A stretch of DNA of 54,750 nucleotides from a virus (IMGVR_UViG_3300044723_011986:1-54750), one strand, 5' to 3'. Positions 35,094 through 45,404 are shown, counted from the first letter of the stretch. Numbers and translations are program-made. Notes: generated by a model from the letters alone, not told the origin.

Positions 35094-36178
35094 TTTACAA
35101 ATACTCCGTTGAACTGTTGTGTTACTCTAACAAATGTAGTACATTTACTCAATTGTTTAAGTGAGGATGCGCCCACATATGTGCATGTAGATCTTAGACC
35201 ACCCAATAAATCTTTTACAGTGTCATCAACGCTTCCTTTGAAAGGAACTTCAACTGTTCTTCCTTCTGACGCTCTGTATGGTGCCACGCCACCTGAATGT
35301 TTATTCATTGCAGTGTCTGAAGACATTCCATAAAAGGTCACATATTTTTTCTCTTCAAAAATAGGATTACCTGTTTCACCGTTAAAATAGACTTCATATT
35401 CATTCGTCTTAAATCTTTTTGTGACAACTTCACCTCCGCCTTCCGTATGACCAGCAAACATCCCACCCATCATAACAAAATCTGCGCCTGCTGCAAAAGC
35501 CTTTGCAACATCTCCAGGACAAGTACATCCTCCGTCTGCAATAATATGTCCACCCAAGCCGTGAGCAGCATCTGCACACTCCATGATTGCAGAAAGCTGT
35601 GGGTATCCCACGCCTGTCTTGATTCGCGTAGTGCAAACAGATCCAGGACCGATTCCGACTTTAACGATATCAGCACCTGCAAGAATAAGCTCTTGAGTCA
35701 TGTCAGCAGTTACAACGTTACCTGCAATAAGTGTATTTGACGGGTGTCTTTCTTTAAATTTTCTAATAAAATTAACAAAGTGTTCTGTGTAGCCATTTGC
35801 AACATCAATGCAAACAAAATCAAGACCAGATCCCATATTAATAATTTCAGAAACATTCTCTAAATCACGTTCGCTAATACCTGTTGAAATAATAGAATGC
35901 TGCTTAGACCATGTCCATTGATCTTCAAGATAGTCTTCTTTGGTATAAGACTTTACTAAGCATGTCATAAGATCGTGATTCATTAAAGCTTTTGACATAC
36001 CAAAAGTTCCGACTCCGTCCATATTGGCAGCAATAATCGGTATACCTTCCCATGTTGTACCATTTCTAAATGTGTACTTCCGTCTAAGATTTACGTCTTT
36101 TCTACTCTTTGCTTCTGATCTCTTAGGGCGAATTAAGACATCTTTAAAATCTAACTTTAAGTCTTCTTCAATTCTCAT
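35090..36178 (-). CDS. guaC: GMP reductase
   Basis: [52 protein letters not shown]. Confidence 0.96.
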   Translation of the reverse strand: MRIEEDLKLDFKDVLIRPKRSEAKSRKDVNLRRKYTFRNGTTWEGIPIIAANMDGVGTFGMSKALMNHDLMTCLVKSYTKEDYLEDQWTWSKQHSIISTGISERDLENVSEIINMGSGLDFVCIDVANGYTEHFVNFIRKFKERHPSNTLIAGNVVTADMTQELILAGADIVKVGIGPGSVCTTRIKTGVGYPQLSAIMECADAAHGLGGHIIADGGCTCPGDVAKAFAAGADFVMMGGMFAGHTEGGGEVVTKRFKTNEYEVYFNGETGNPIFEEKKYVTFYGMSSDTAMNKHSGGVAPYRASEGRTVEVPFKGSVDDTVKDLLGGLRSTCTYVGASSLKQLSKCTTFVRVTQQFNGVFVK

Positions 36179-36445
36179 TTAATTTACCTTTGTTATTCTA
36201 TAGCTTTTTTCTAAGTCTGAGTGATAAGGCTTCCAAAGCACATGCTCCGTAAGAATTTCATAACTTCGTATCCATTTCTTCTTTCCCGAGCTTACGCTGA
36301 CAACTATTCCGTACTTTATATCATTTTCAAAATCAGGGCCATAAAAAGGATAGTAAGAAATTACGTCGCCTGGATATAGCCTTTCAATAGTATACTCTTC
36401 TTTTTTTTGCTTACTCTTTTTATTATTTTTCTTTTTATTTGACAA
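36179..36445 (-). CDS. Small hypothetical protein (start uncertain)
   Basis: Fills gap between dnaE and guaC; PGDVISY...GIVVSV. Confidence 0.55.
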   Translation of the reverse strand: MSNKKKNNKKSKQKKEEYTIERLYPGDVISYYPFYGPDFENDIKYGIVVSVSSGKKKWIRSYEILTEHVLWKPYHSDLEKSYRITKVN

Positions 36446-39400
36446 GGGGTCTAATTTTTGCTGCACTTGTTGATGCTCCCCAGTTTGGATCGTTACTTGC
36501 ATTTGTCAACCAGATTGTATAAGGTTCCATAGAACTTGGAATTTCTCCCCAGACACGAAGCCAGCCAGAATTGCTTTCTTCATCTGTTATCTTAACACGG
36601 TAAAAGACCTTTTTATTTTTTGTAGTCTTTTTAATTGTTTCAACAACACAGCACCAAGCAATTCCTTTTTCTCCTGGGTCCATTTGAAGAACTGACTTCA
36701 CATTAGCACTTCGAATTTTTGTCATTAGCTCTTCTGGGAATGCCAAGTCATCACGTGTTGCAGAACACATATCCTGGTACATTTGAAGCTTTTCAATACG
36801 TGTCCAGTCTTCTGTATCTGTCGTCTGTTCAATCAGCTGAGGGAGAATAGGTTCAGCTCCTTTCTTTTCAGCTTGACGAAGTGTCATACCAAATTTACTT
36901 TTCCTAAGTGTAGTGTAGTTTTCGATAATAATATCATGAAGCTGCCTGTGATTCTTGATTTCACCTTTCCACATTTCCTCAAGAGCATCAAGCGACTCTG
37001 TCATGCAAAGAGCAGCGAAACCGGTCTTGTTAAGCTTAGAGTGATACCACTTGCCATTTTCGTCATACAACATCTGGTTAAGAGAAGTATACGGGCGATT
37101 CTGAAGGATTTCTTTAACAGCATTCTTACCAAGGCCTTTGATTGATGTAAGCGGCGGAATAAACGACTTCTTGTTTTCAGACCATACCCACTCAAGACCT
37201 GACTCATTGACGTCAGGAGTGCTGACGCCGTAACCCATCGCCTTGATTTCAGAGATTGCCTTTGCCAGGTTCTTTGGGTTACCGTTTTCTGACTGAAGGA
37301 TTGTAGCAAGCCAGTCTGTTTCGTAGTATGTGTGCAGCCAACCTGCATAGTAAGAACCAATAGCATAAGCAACAGCATGGGATTTGTTGAAGCCGTAAAC
37401 TGAGAAGAATTCAATCCTTTCCCACAGCTCTTGTGAAACATGTTCAGGAACGCCGTTAATTTCTTTGGCTCCTGTAATAAACTTAACTCTTGCTTCTTCG
37501 CGTTCACCGCCCTTCTTGCCCATCGTATCAAGTGACTTCTTAACAAGTGTTTTGCGAAGCTTGTCAGATTCTGCAGGAGTAAACCCACCTAATTTCTGTG
37601 CCAAGAGCATGAACTGCTCCTGGAAGGTGACGTGACCAAACGTAGGCCCAAGAATCTCTTTGATGATTGGATGAGCATATTCAATCTGGTCGGCCCGGGC
37701 CTTGTCCTTAACATACTTCTTATGAACGTTAGCACGAAGAGGTCCGGGACGATAGATTGCAGTCAAAGCAGCAAGCTCGATAATAGATGTAGGCTTTGCA
37801 TCCTCACAGAAACGCCTTGCACCTTCAGCAGTAAACTGAAAGACACCTACCTTTCGGCGCTGATGATAAACATGCTCCCAAACCTTTGGGTCGTCCTGCT
37901 CAACAAAGCGACAGTTGAGCTTTTCATCAAACCAATCACGGATTTCAATAAACGTTGGCTCTTTTCCTGTTTCTTTGGTAAGAATACGGCGAATGCAATT
38001 TTCAACATCCTTGAGGAGTGTAAGACCTAAGAAGTCAAACTTGATAAAACCATTATCTTCCAAGTTTCGGAAGTTCATACCCTCTGTCCAAGGAGTCTGG
38101 AGTTCACCTCGAACGCCAATAATAGGCATGGACTTTGCCAATTCTTCTGATGGGCCGATAATAACACCGCCAGCATGACGTCCAATAGAACGGTTCTGCA
38201 TAAAGAGAGCTTCGATGTGGTCTTTCACCTTTGGATATTTTTCCATAAAGGTTCGATAACCCTTAGAATACTGCATACAGTCTTCGTGCTTGAGAACAAA
38301 CACAGACTTCTCAGTATTTTCATCACGCGCTTGTGCCATGACTTCGTCCTGGAGTGGACCGGTCATCTTATTAACTTCAGCGAAGTCAATTTGATAAAAC
38401 TTGGCAATATCCTTAACGAGTGACTTGAGTTTTAGGGTGTTGAAGTTGGACACAGGAATGACAGACTCAAACCCATAAAGCTCGCGAGCTGCATTGATAA
38501 GTGCATCACGATCACCAGCGTCAGAGTCAATATCGGGCCACGAAGTGCGGTGGCGCCCTAGGAAACGCTCCCAAAGAAGATCGTACTTAAGAGGATCAAC
38601 CTGAGTAATTCCAAGCAGATAGTTAACCAATGAGCCACCACCAGAACCTCTTGCTGCACCAAAGAGTGTATGATCTGCAGCTTTGTGGAAAACTTCATTC
38701 ATGACTAAGAAGTAGTTTTCAAAGCCGAGAAACTTAATATCAGACAATTCCATCTTGGCGCGTTCAACGTATTCTTCTTTGGTATGAAGACCTTCCTTCA
38801 CCAAAGCTTTTTTAACTTTTTGCGCCAACTGTTGGAAAGCAGTCTGATCTGGGTTGTTAAAATCAGGTAGCTTAACACTAGTATCAATCCAACAGTCAGT
38901 ACACTTTTCCCAAGCAATATCATGAGTTCTTTCAATAGAGTCTTTAACGACTTGCTCATATCCTTCATACGTTTCTTTATATTCATCGTAATGCCTTGTA
39001 AATTCATCCCACATTTGCTGCGCATTCTTAGGATAAAGCTCGCACTTAAGATCTTCAAATTCTGGAAGTGGTGAAGGATCATTTCCCATCCAACCTAGCT
39101 TTTTATATAGCTCTCGTGCTTCCCATTTATCTGGATTGTAATAATGAGAGTCAGGAGTTGAAATCAGCTTGATACCTGTTTCATTAGCATGTCGAAGAAG
39201 ATGATGATTGACAAGATGCTGCTGCTTGAGACGATTGAACTGCAATTCAAGATAGAAGTTTTCTTCACCTACGGCATCAACAAAACGATCAGATAGATAC
39301 ATGAGCTCAGCTTGAATTTCAGAGTCTGATTTACCTAATGCATTTCCGCGCATGATTCGATTAGAGAAGATTCCGCCCAAACAGGCAGTTGAGACGTTAA

Positions 39401-39950
39401 GGCCCTTACCGTGTTGCTTGAGTAGATCGAAGTCAATGCGGGGATATCGATAGAATCCCTCTGTGTACGCACGTTTGATCAGAGTAAACAAATTGCCTAA
39501 ACCTTCACGGTTCTGCGCAGTGATTACCAGGTGATAACGTCGTTTCCATTCGTCTTTTGCAACGTCAACAGTTTTGGTCTCGTCTTCGTTTTCAATAACG
39601 TGACCTGCATCATCGTCTTCCTTGAGCGCTTTTTCCTTTGCCATGGCACGATCGATCTTTGCTTGCTCGTATTCTTCTTTCCATCCAGAAAGTGAAGGAA
39701 CAAAGTAAAATTCGCAGCCATAAATCTGTCGATATTTGCGACCACTCTTTTGAATTTTGGTGGCATGCTTGTGAGCATGTGCCAGACCACTTCCGTTTCC
39801 ATGATCTGTCAAACCCCAAGCGTCCATTCCGTTTTCAAGAACGAAGTCGATGTGGTCAGATGGATAACCTAATCCATCGAAAACAGAAAACCCTGTGTGG
39901 CCATGAAGGCCGACGAAGCGAGTTGGTGCTTTCATGTCAAAAATGTTCAT
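36435..39950 (-). CDS. dnaE: DNA polymerase III alpha subunit (family C)
   Basis: PHP LHGHTGFS..DG, TDHG; RGSGGGSLV, PDIDSD, HAGGV, KFDFLGL, YRPGP, YGFNKSHA. Confidence 0.96.
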   Translation of the reverse strand: MNIFDMKAPTRFVGLHGHTGFSVFDGLGYPSDHIDFVLENGMDAWGLTDHGNGSGLAHAHKHATKIQKSGRKYRQIYGCEFYFVPSLSGWKEEYEQAKIDRAMAKEKALKEDDDAGHVIENEDETKTVDVAKDEWKRRYHLVITAQNREGLGNLFTLIKRAYTEGFYRYPRIDFDLLKQHGKGLNVSTACLGGIFSNRIMRGNALGKSDSEIQAELMYLSDRFVDAVGEENFYLELQFNRLKQQHLVNHHLLRHANETGIKLISTPDSHYYNPDKWEARELYKKLGWMGNDPSPLPEFEDLKCELYPKNAQQMWDEFTRHYDEYKETYEGYEQVVKDSIERTHDIAWEKCTDCWIDTSVKLPDFNNPDQTAFQQLAQKVKKALVKEGLHTKEEYVERAKMELSDIKFLGFENYFLVMNEVFHKAADHTLFGAARGSGGGSLVNYLLGITQVDPLKYDLLWERFLGRHRTSWPDIDSDAGDRDALINAARELYGFESVIPVSNFNTLKLKSLVKDIAKFYQIDFAEVNKMTGPLQDEVMAQARDENTEKSVFVLKHEDCMQYSKGYRTFMEKYPKVKDHIEALFMQNRSIGRHAGGVIIGPSEELAKSMPIIGVRGELQTPWTEGMNFRNLEDNGFIKFDFLGLTLLKDVENCIRRILTKETGKEPTFIEIRDWFDEKLNCRFVEQDDPKVWEHVYHQRRKVGVFQFTAEGARRFCEDAKPTSIIELAALTAIYRPGPLRANVHKKYVKDKARADQIEYAHPIIKEILGPTFGHVTFQEQFMLLAQKLGGFTPAESDKLRKTLVKKSLDTMGKKGGEREEARVKFITGAKEINGVPEHVSQELWERIEFFSVYGFNKSHAVAYAIGSYYAGWLHTYYETDWLATILQSENGNPKNLAKAISEIKAMGYGVSTPDVNESGLEWVWSENKKSFIPPLTSIKGLGKNAVKEILQNRPYTSLNQMLYDENGKWYHSKLNKTGFAALCMTESLDALEEMWKGEIKNHRQLHDIIIENYTTLRKSKFGMTLRQAEKKGAEPILPQLIEQTTDTEDWTRIEKLQMYQDMCSATRDDLAFPEELMTKIRSANVKSVLQMDPGEKGIAWCCVVETIKKTTKNKKVFYRVKITDEESNSGWLRVWGEIPSSMEPYTIWLTNASNDPNWGASTSAAKIRPLVK

Positions 39951-39969
39951 TATACTCCTAAAAAAGAAA

Positions 39970-40008
39970 CCTCACACTTATTATAAAATGTGAGGCTTAA
40001 GTTTACAC
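39970..40008 (-). promoter_or_regulatory. Promoter GTGTAA-N17-TATAAT overlapping a terminator-like hairpin
   Basis: CCTCACA...TGTGAGG arms followed by TTTCTTTTTT; -10 box in the loop. Confidence 0.7.
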
Positions 40009-40017
40009 TCTATGAAT

Positions 40018-42180
40018 TTATCTTCCCGGGTTGTACCCTGCACGGACCTGCGATTTGTATTCACTTATGATTTGATGCACTTCCTCAAGCTGCTTTTTGA
40101 TATATTTATATTGTTGGCCACTGAGATTCATCGCATTAGATACATTTGGGCTATTAATCGCAGCGCTGCGACCGCCAACCTCTACAGTTGCAAAAGTTAC
40201 TTGTTGTACTTCGTCAATAAAATCAAAAATTGAATTAAAATCATCAGGCAGATATTTGTCTATTTTTTCTATCCCAGATCCTCCCATGTACCTTGAGTCA
40301 ATTAAAACTTCAACACCTGACTCTTGAAATTCTTTTATTGCTCGCAGCTCTTGAACTGTCAAAGTTTTTCCGTACCCTGGCGTGTACTCCGCAAAAAGAA
40401 TCTTAACTTTGTCTAACATTTCAACGAGCTCGTAGATGTTAGGCGCGGAACTAGCGTTTTTCTTTGGTGAATTAAAAAACGCGGTAGCTTCTCGAGCTTT
40501 TTTAATCTCATCTGCAAAATTTGTAGAACTGAGCATTTTCCAAAGGTCGCTTCTTCGAACTCCGTCATTAGCAACCCCCGGTGCTATAGTATATTTTTTT
40601 ACTTTCCAGTTAGAAAGAATTGCCTCGGATGGGTGTCCTTCGGGTCCTATCTTTTTGACCCTTGCATCAAAAGAAGCTTTATCTATCACCATTTCAGATG
40701 TGTCTTTAGGATAATAATTATCTCCCGACTTAAAAGTTCCTTTAGGAGGAGAAGATCCTGGCTTGACTGGCGCAACTGGTTCTAGTGCAGTCCTTGCGGG
40801 CCTCTTTGGCAGACCACTGTCCTTGTAGTATTTTGCTACTTCAGGAGTAGCAGTTGCAGTCTTCTCAGACTGCACATCCATTCGACCATAATAGGTCAAT
40901 CTTCCTTCTAGCTCTACTATGTCATTTGCTCTGCCTGCTTGAATGATCTCAGATATTTTATCATCAGGTGTATCTTTATAGAATCCGTAAGCTGATATGT
41001 CATTTTTGCCGCTAGAAGTTTCTAACCAGTCTAATATTGTTAGTTTTTTATTTGCAGGCGGGCCGCCAGGGTTTGTATAAGCACCGACTTTGTGTACAAA
41101 TTTTACATTTTCCTCAAAAAATTCTCTATCTACAGCACTTCTAAAGAGTTGCTTTGAAGCTCGACCTGCTTCTCGCTTAGCTTTGTCTTCTATAACATTA
41201 ACATAAGCAGCCGGTGTAACTACCTTGCCTCTAATTTCAAGCTCAAACCGAGCCTTGACGGAATCAAAAAATCTTTCAGATACTGTTTTAAGTTCTTTTA
41301 TTCTCTTAGTACCCTCAGCAACAGAGTCAGCACAACCACCCGGGCCTTTCTCCTCTGTCAGCGCACACAATCCAAAAATGTCATGATTTTGAGCAAATTT
41401 TTTCATTTGCTTTTCAAGATATTCAAGTGTGCCGTCAAGCTGTTTTCTTAAGGAACCAAAAACTTTCTCTGATATTTCAACGTCTTTTGATTTGAGATAT
41501 TTTACTAAAGCCTCTGCAGCTTCTTCTATAACTTCGTCTGCTATTTCTCTACCTACAGCTCGAGCTCCGGTTTTAATCACCCCTTTGCCTGCAATCTTTG
41601 CAGCACCTGCAGCAAGCCCTAAAATTGGTGCTGAACAAAGAACAGAAAGTGCACCGAGCAAATAGTCTGGTGGGTCTTTGATTACAGCAAGAACAGCTGA
41701 CCCTAGATCTACAGGAGTCCCGACGCCTGGAATCATACCAATATAAGATCCAATTTCAATTGCCCAGTCGGCGCTGCTTGGGTCACCATAGTCTACCTTA
41801 ACAATATCTAATTTAACATCTTTTGTATTGTCTCGAACAAAAACAGGTACAGAACTTCCTCCCTCATATTGTGCTAAATTATAGACTCTTTTGTCGTCAG
41901 AATTTATAATCGTAATTTTGTCTTTTCCTAAAAGTTGAAAAGGTCCTGATGTAGAAGTATCTTGAGGTTTTAAGTCTGACTTTTTTATTAGAGCAACCGG
42001 ATTGCCTTTTTCAAGGAAACCTAATGCTTTGTATTTTTTTCCTTTCCAGGTAATTGTCTCAAGCTTGTCTCTCTTTGAAGAGAGATATTTTTGAGGATTG
42101 GCTTTTGAGCCTGGACTCGTTTGCTCTTTTAAAATTGACGCTCTAATAATTGATCTTAACTGACTTTCTGACATTAACAT
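40018..42180 (-). CDS. Probable head-packaged multidomain protein with pre-toxin TG-like segment and possible ART-like domain
   Basis: MSESQLRSIIR signal; GMIPGVGTPVDL...DYLLGALSVL..PILG; SGLPKR domain. Confidence 0.65.
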   Translation of the reverse strand: MLMSESQLRSIIRASILKEQTSPGSKANPQKYLSSKRDKLETITWKGKKYKALGFLEKGNPVALIKKSDLKPQDTSTSGPFQLLGKDKITIINSDDKRVYNLAQYEGGSSVPVFVRDNTKDVKLDIVKVDYGDPSSADWAIEIGSYIGMIPGVGTPVDLGSAVLAVIKDPPDYLLGALSVLCSAPILGLAAGAAKIAGKGVIKTGARAVGREIADEVIEEAAEALVKYLKSKDVEISEKVFGSLRKQLDGTLEYLEKQMKKFAQNHDIFGLCALTEEKGPGGCADSVAEGTKRIKELKTVSERFFDSVKARFELEIRGKVVTPAAYVNVIEDKAKREAGRASKQLFRSAVDREFFEENVKFVHKVGAYTNPGGPPANKKLTILDWLETSSGKNDISAYGFYKDTPDDKISEIIQAGRANDIVELEGRLTYYGRMDVQSEKTATATPEVAKYYKDSGLPKRPARTALEPVAPVKPGSSPPKGTFKSGDNYYPKDTSEMVIDKASFDARVKKIGPEGHPSEAILSNWKVKKYTIAPGVANDGVRRSDLWKMLSSTNFADEIKKAREATAFFNSPKKNASSAPNIYELVEMLDKVKILFAEYTPGYGKTLTVQELRAIKEFQESGVEVLIDSRYMGGSGIEKIDKYLPDDFNSIFDFIDEVQQVTFATVEVGGRSAAINSPNVSNAMNLSGQQYKYIKKQLEEVHQIISEYKSQVRAGYNPGR

Positions 42181-42201
42181 GTAGATAAATATACTTTAGT
42201 A

Positions 42202-43197
42202 CTAGTAAAATATTGTCAAATCCACACCTTTTTCTTTTGCTTCATCAAGATAAATAAGTGGATTATAACCTTCACTTTCTCTAATTTCTATAATTGTTCT
42301 ACGAATACCTTCTTCAAGAGAGATCTTTGGTTCCCAGCCAGATGCTTGTCTAAACTTTGCTGAAGACAAGCGATGATTTCCAAGATAATCTGTTTTCGGG
42401 TGCCAAGTTAAAACTTCGGGTGCGGCACCAAATTCTTCCATAAAAATCTCTGATAGAAGATTCATTATTTCGCCTGTATTCATAGGCGTTTCGGCAGATA
42501 CATTCCAGTCATTGTTCCAAAGACCCTGCTTGATAGCAGTCAAAACTGCATCACAATAGTCGTCAACATGCATGTAGTCCTTGATCTTTTCTTTGTTCAA
42601 AAACATATCAATGCCGCCTTTTTGATTTAGTGTTCCGTAAACAGTTTTCGCAATAAGTGAATTCATGTCACCTTCACCGCCATAAGCAAAGAGTGGCCGA
42701 ACAATCATCCATTTGTTGCCTGTCTGACTCTTGACAATGTCTTCAGCACATAACTTTTGACAACCATAGAGCGTCGTCGGGCCGGTGATAGATGCTTCAG
42801 TAATGTCTTCTTCTTGATACTTTGCGACGTCATAGATGACAGTTGTACCCATATAACAGACAGGAATTCCTAATCCTTTTGCTGCTCGACAAATATTGTA
42901 TGTTCCAGCGACATTTGTAAGTGTTGCTTCACTAGAGTTTAGGGCAACAACATCTGTTCCAACAACTGCAGCATTATGAATGACGACATCAACTTTATTT
43001 CGAAAGAAAAACTCTTTCCATGTTAAAATATCGTTCTGGTGGACACAGAGCTCACCTGGTTTATGAAAAATTAGATTGATGTCGTTTGGTGTTTCAAACT
43101 CTGCATTTGAAGACACGTGATTAAAACCAAATTCTTGTAGCTTTTTAACAAGATTTCTACCGATAAAACCTTTTTCGCCTGTGATAAATACGTTCAT
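42202..43197 (-). CDS. NAD-dependent NDP-sugar epimerase/dehydratase
   Basis: ITGEKGFIG, HNAAVVG, YGCQK, VRPLFAYG, DYMHVDD. Confidence 0.9.
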   Translation of the reverse strand: MNVFITGEKGFIGRNLVKKLQEFGFNHVSSNAEFETPNDINLIFHKPGELCVHQNDILTWKEFFFRNKVDVVIHNAAVVGTDVVALNSSEATLTNVAGTYNICRAAKGLGIPVCYMGTTVIYDVAKYQEEDITEASITGPTTLYGCQKLCAEDIVKSQTGNKWMIVRPLFAYGGEGDMNSLIAKTVYGTLNQKGGIDMFLNKEKIKDYMHVDDYCDAVLTAIKQGLWNNDWNVSAETPMNTGEIMNLLSEIFMEEFGAAPEVLTWHPKTDYLGNHRLSSAKFRQASGWEPKISLEEGIRRTIIEIRESEGYNPLIYLDEAKEKGVDLTIFY

Positions 43198-43297
43198 TTT
43201 TTCTCCTTTAAGGATAATTTTATTCTCAATTTATTACTTTTTCAATTTTTTTGTTTATTGCAAATTCTAATAAATAAATATTAAAAAGAGGACAATT

Positions 43298-44821
43298 ATG
43301 ATTTTGACAGAAAAGACACTCAGAAAAATTTTAAAGAATTTAATTTTAGAGTATCAAATAGATGACAATACTAAAGAAATATCTGGTGGCGAAGGTGACC
43401 CCTATACTTATAAAATTTCTGGGGCATCCAGCAACGATATATCTATAAAAGTTGTTAAGAAAAATAATAATCCTGCAAATGGTTCTTTCAAAATAGATCA
43501 AACAAATAAAGACAAACCAGGTGTTAAAAAACTACTAAGCTCAATAAAACAAAATATTGACAAGTATGCTTCAGACTTTCCAGAAATAGAAGCTGCTATA
43601 CAGAAACTTGTGCCTGATGAAGCTTCAAGAGAAGAAAGCAGTAATAGTGGGGCTATATCTTCTTCTAGCTGGAACCCTCCTTCAAACTTAACTTTTGAAA
43701 AGAAATGGGATGAATTACAAGTAAGAGACTGGTTTAATAGCACTGAAGACGTTATTGGAGCGATTAAATATGAAAATAAAACTTATTTTGCGTGGGGGTA
43801 TGTTGAGGCAGAAATGAGTGAAGGTGTCAATGCACATGGTCTGGCTGCACTCGTACCTTATGATGTGTTTAGAAAAATGAGATCTGATCTTGGTAATGCT
43901 GCTATTAAACTTATTCCTCAAGACAAGGCCGTAAGAACAGTCAAACCTAGCAGAGGGAGGATTAAACTTCAGACTCAGAGAGGTGATGTTCCAATTCTTA
44001 TAAAGCAAGGAACACCAAATATTATTTTGGGAACAAGTGAATTTGAAAGTGGCGCTGCTCTAACTGCGGATTATGCTATGCAAATCTTAGATATTATCGG
44101 TGCAATTCCGATCATAGGCGCGGGCGGAGACGCAGCAAATATGCTTGTTCAGCTCTCTTATAAGCCGCCTCTTTATTTTGGCGCAGCATTAAGTGCATTA
44201 GGAATTATTCCAGCAATTGGAGAGCTTACTGCAGGTTATAAAGTCATAAAAGGCGTAAAAAATTTCGCCACTGGCGCTGAAGCTGGTAAAAGCTTAGTAA
44301 AAACAATCAAAGACGAATTTCCTGATGGGATGAGAGCAGTCTTAAAAAGCCCGAGCTTGAGTACAATAATAGCAAAAAATAAAGAAAAGCTTTATCAATT
44401 TTTAGAAAGTAATTCTTCAGAAATTAGTAAAACGATTCCTGGGTTTGAAAAAATATTGCCTTATTTCATTAAGTATCTTGATGAAATTTTAGAAGTAATC
44501 GCATGGTATAAAACTTTACCCTGGATGCAGTTAAAAAAAGAACTTGATAGATTTAGAGCTCTAACTAGAAGAGGAACCGGTGTCTTGAGCGACGAAATTG
44601 ATGAAAATTTATATGACTCAATTTTTGCAAACTCAGGTTTGTACGAAGCGTTTGAAATTAATCCTACTGCAGGAAAGTTTAGTAGTAGAATTGAAAAACT
44701 ATTATTAGAATTTTCAGATAATTTATCAACAACTTCTGAAAAGCAATGGGTTTCAATTGACAAGACTATAGAAAAAATGAAAGAAAAAAATCTTCCTGTT
44801 CCGGAAATATCTAGATCATAA
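43298..44821 (+). CDS. Probable head-packaged protein with pre-toxin TG-like segment (only plus-strand gene)
   Basis: MILTEKTLRKILK signal; LDIIGAIPIIGAGGDAAN...AALSALGIIPAIGE; GAGG RBS. Confidence 0.8.
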   Translation: MILTEKTLRKILKNLILEYQIDDNTKEISGGEGDPYTYKISGASSNDISIKVVKKNNNPANGSFKIDQTNKDKPGVKKLLSSIKQNIDKYASDFPEIEAAIQKLVPDEASREESSNSGAISSSSWNPPSNLTFEKKWDELQVRDWFNSTEDVIGAIKYENKTYFAWGYVEAEMSEGVNAHGLAALVPYDVFRKMRSDLGNAAIKLIPQDKAVRTVKPSRGRIKLQTQRGDVPILIKQGTPNIILGTSEFESGAALTADYAMQILDIIGAIPIIGAGGDAANMLVQLSYKPPLYFGAALSALGIIPAIGELTAGYKVIKGVKNFATGAEAGKSLVKTIKDEFPDGMRAVLKSPSLSTIIAKNKEKLYQFLESNSSEISKTIPGFEKILPYFIKYLDEILEVIAWYKTLPWMQLKKELDRFRALTRRGTGVLSDEIDENLYDSIFANSGLYEAFEINPTAGKFSSRIEKLLLEFSDNLSTTSEKQWVSIDKTIEKMKEKNLPVPEISRS

Positions 44822-45004
44822 AAAAATATTTATAGTTTTTTTAATGCATGCGATTGTCAATAAAATTAAATCAAAAAACAAAACAGCAGGAATCACTCCA
44901 AACAAAACAATAATATTTGTGTCTCTATAAGTTATTCCTAGTAAATTTGCAGCTTGAATCATAAAGTCTACACATAAAAAATAAAGATCTACAAAAAAAT
45001 TCAT
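44816..45004 (-). CDS. Small membrane protein
   Basis: Likely start ATG 45004; CVDFMIQAANLLGITYRDTNIIVLFGVIP. Confidence 0.65.
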   Translation of the reverse strand: MNFFVDLYFLCVDFMIQAANLLGITYRDTNIIVLFGVIPAVLFFDLILLTIACIKKTINIFL

Positions 45005-45354
45005 TTCAACAAACGCCTTGTTAGAAAAAACATAATTAAATGAAGAACAGGTGGAATCAAACAAAAAATTATTAAGTTTGCTGCACCGTAGCCTGTGCCC
45101 AAAGGTAAGCCTAATTCCTCAAGTGCAAAACCTGCTTTTTGCAAAAAGCCTATTGTGTTTCCAAAAAGTCCGGTATTACTAGCTAAAAAATCAGGTAACA
45201 AAGAACCGTGTAAGCAGCCTTTGTCATGACAAAACCTAGAACATTGTTTTAATAAAAAAACTTTTTCTATTTCTGTTTTTTTAGCTAGAAGAATGCCAGC
45301 TATTGGTAAAAAAAGTGTAACAAAAAAATAATAAGTTTTGAAAAAAAATCTCAT
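45001..45354 (-). CDS. Membrane protein with CSRFCHDKGCLH motif
   Basis: N- and C-terminal TM helices; GTGYGAANLIIFCLIPP. Confidence 0.7.
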   Translation of the reverse strand: MRFFFKTYYFFVTLFLPIAGILLAKKTEIEKVFLLKQCSRFCHDKGCLHGSLLPDFLASNTGLFGNTIGFLQKAGFALEELGLPLGTGYGAANLIIFCLIPPVLHLIMFFLTRRLLK

Positions 45355-45375
45355 ATTTTGCCCTGTATATAATTT

Positions 45376-45404
45376 ATTATAACAGAGTTTTGTTTAAATT
45401 GCAC
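45376..45404 (-). promoter_or_regulatory. Putative promoter GTGCAA-N17-TATAAT
   Basis: Recurring motif. Confidence 0.75.

Noticed and set aside
36435-39950. Intein in DnaE
   Set aside because: No intein blocks seen; polymerase motifs are contiguous
36783-39961. Numerous alternative-frame and antisense ORFs within dnaE (likewise in groEL, guaC and the fibre gene)
   Set aside because: Shadow ORFs of long genes, without RBS or recognisable motifs
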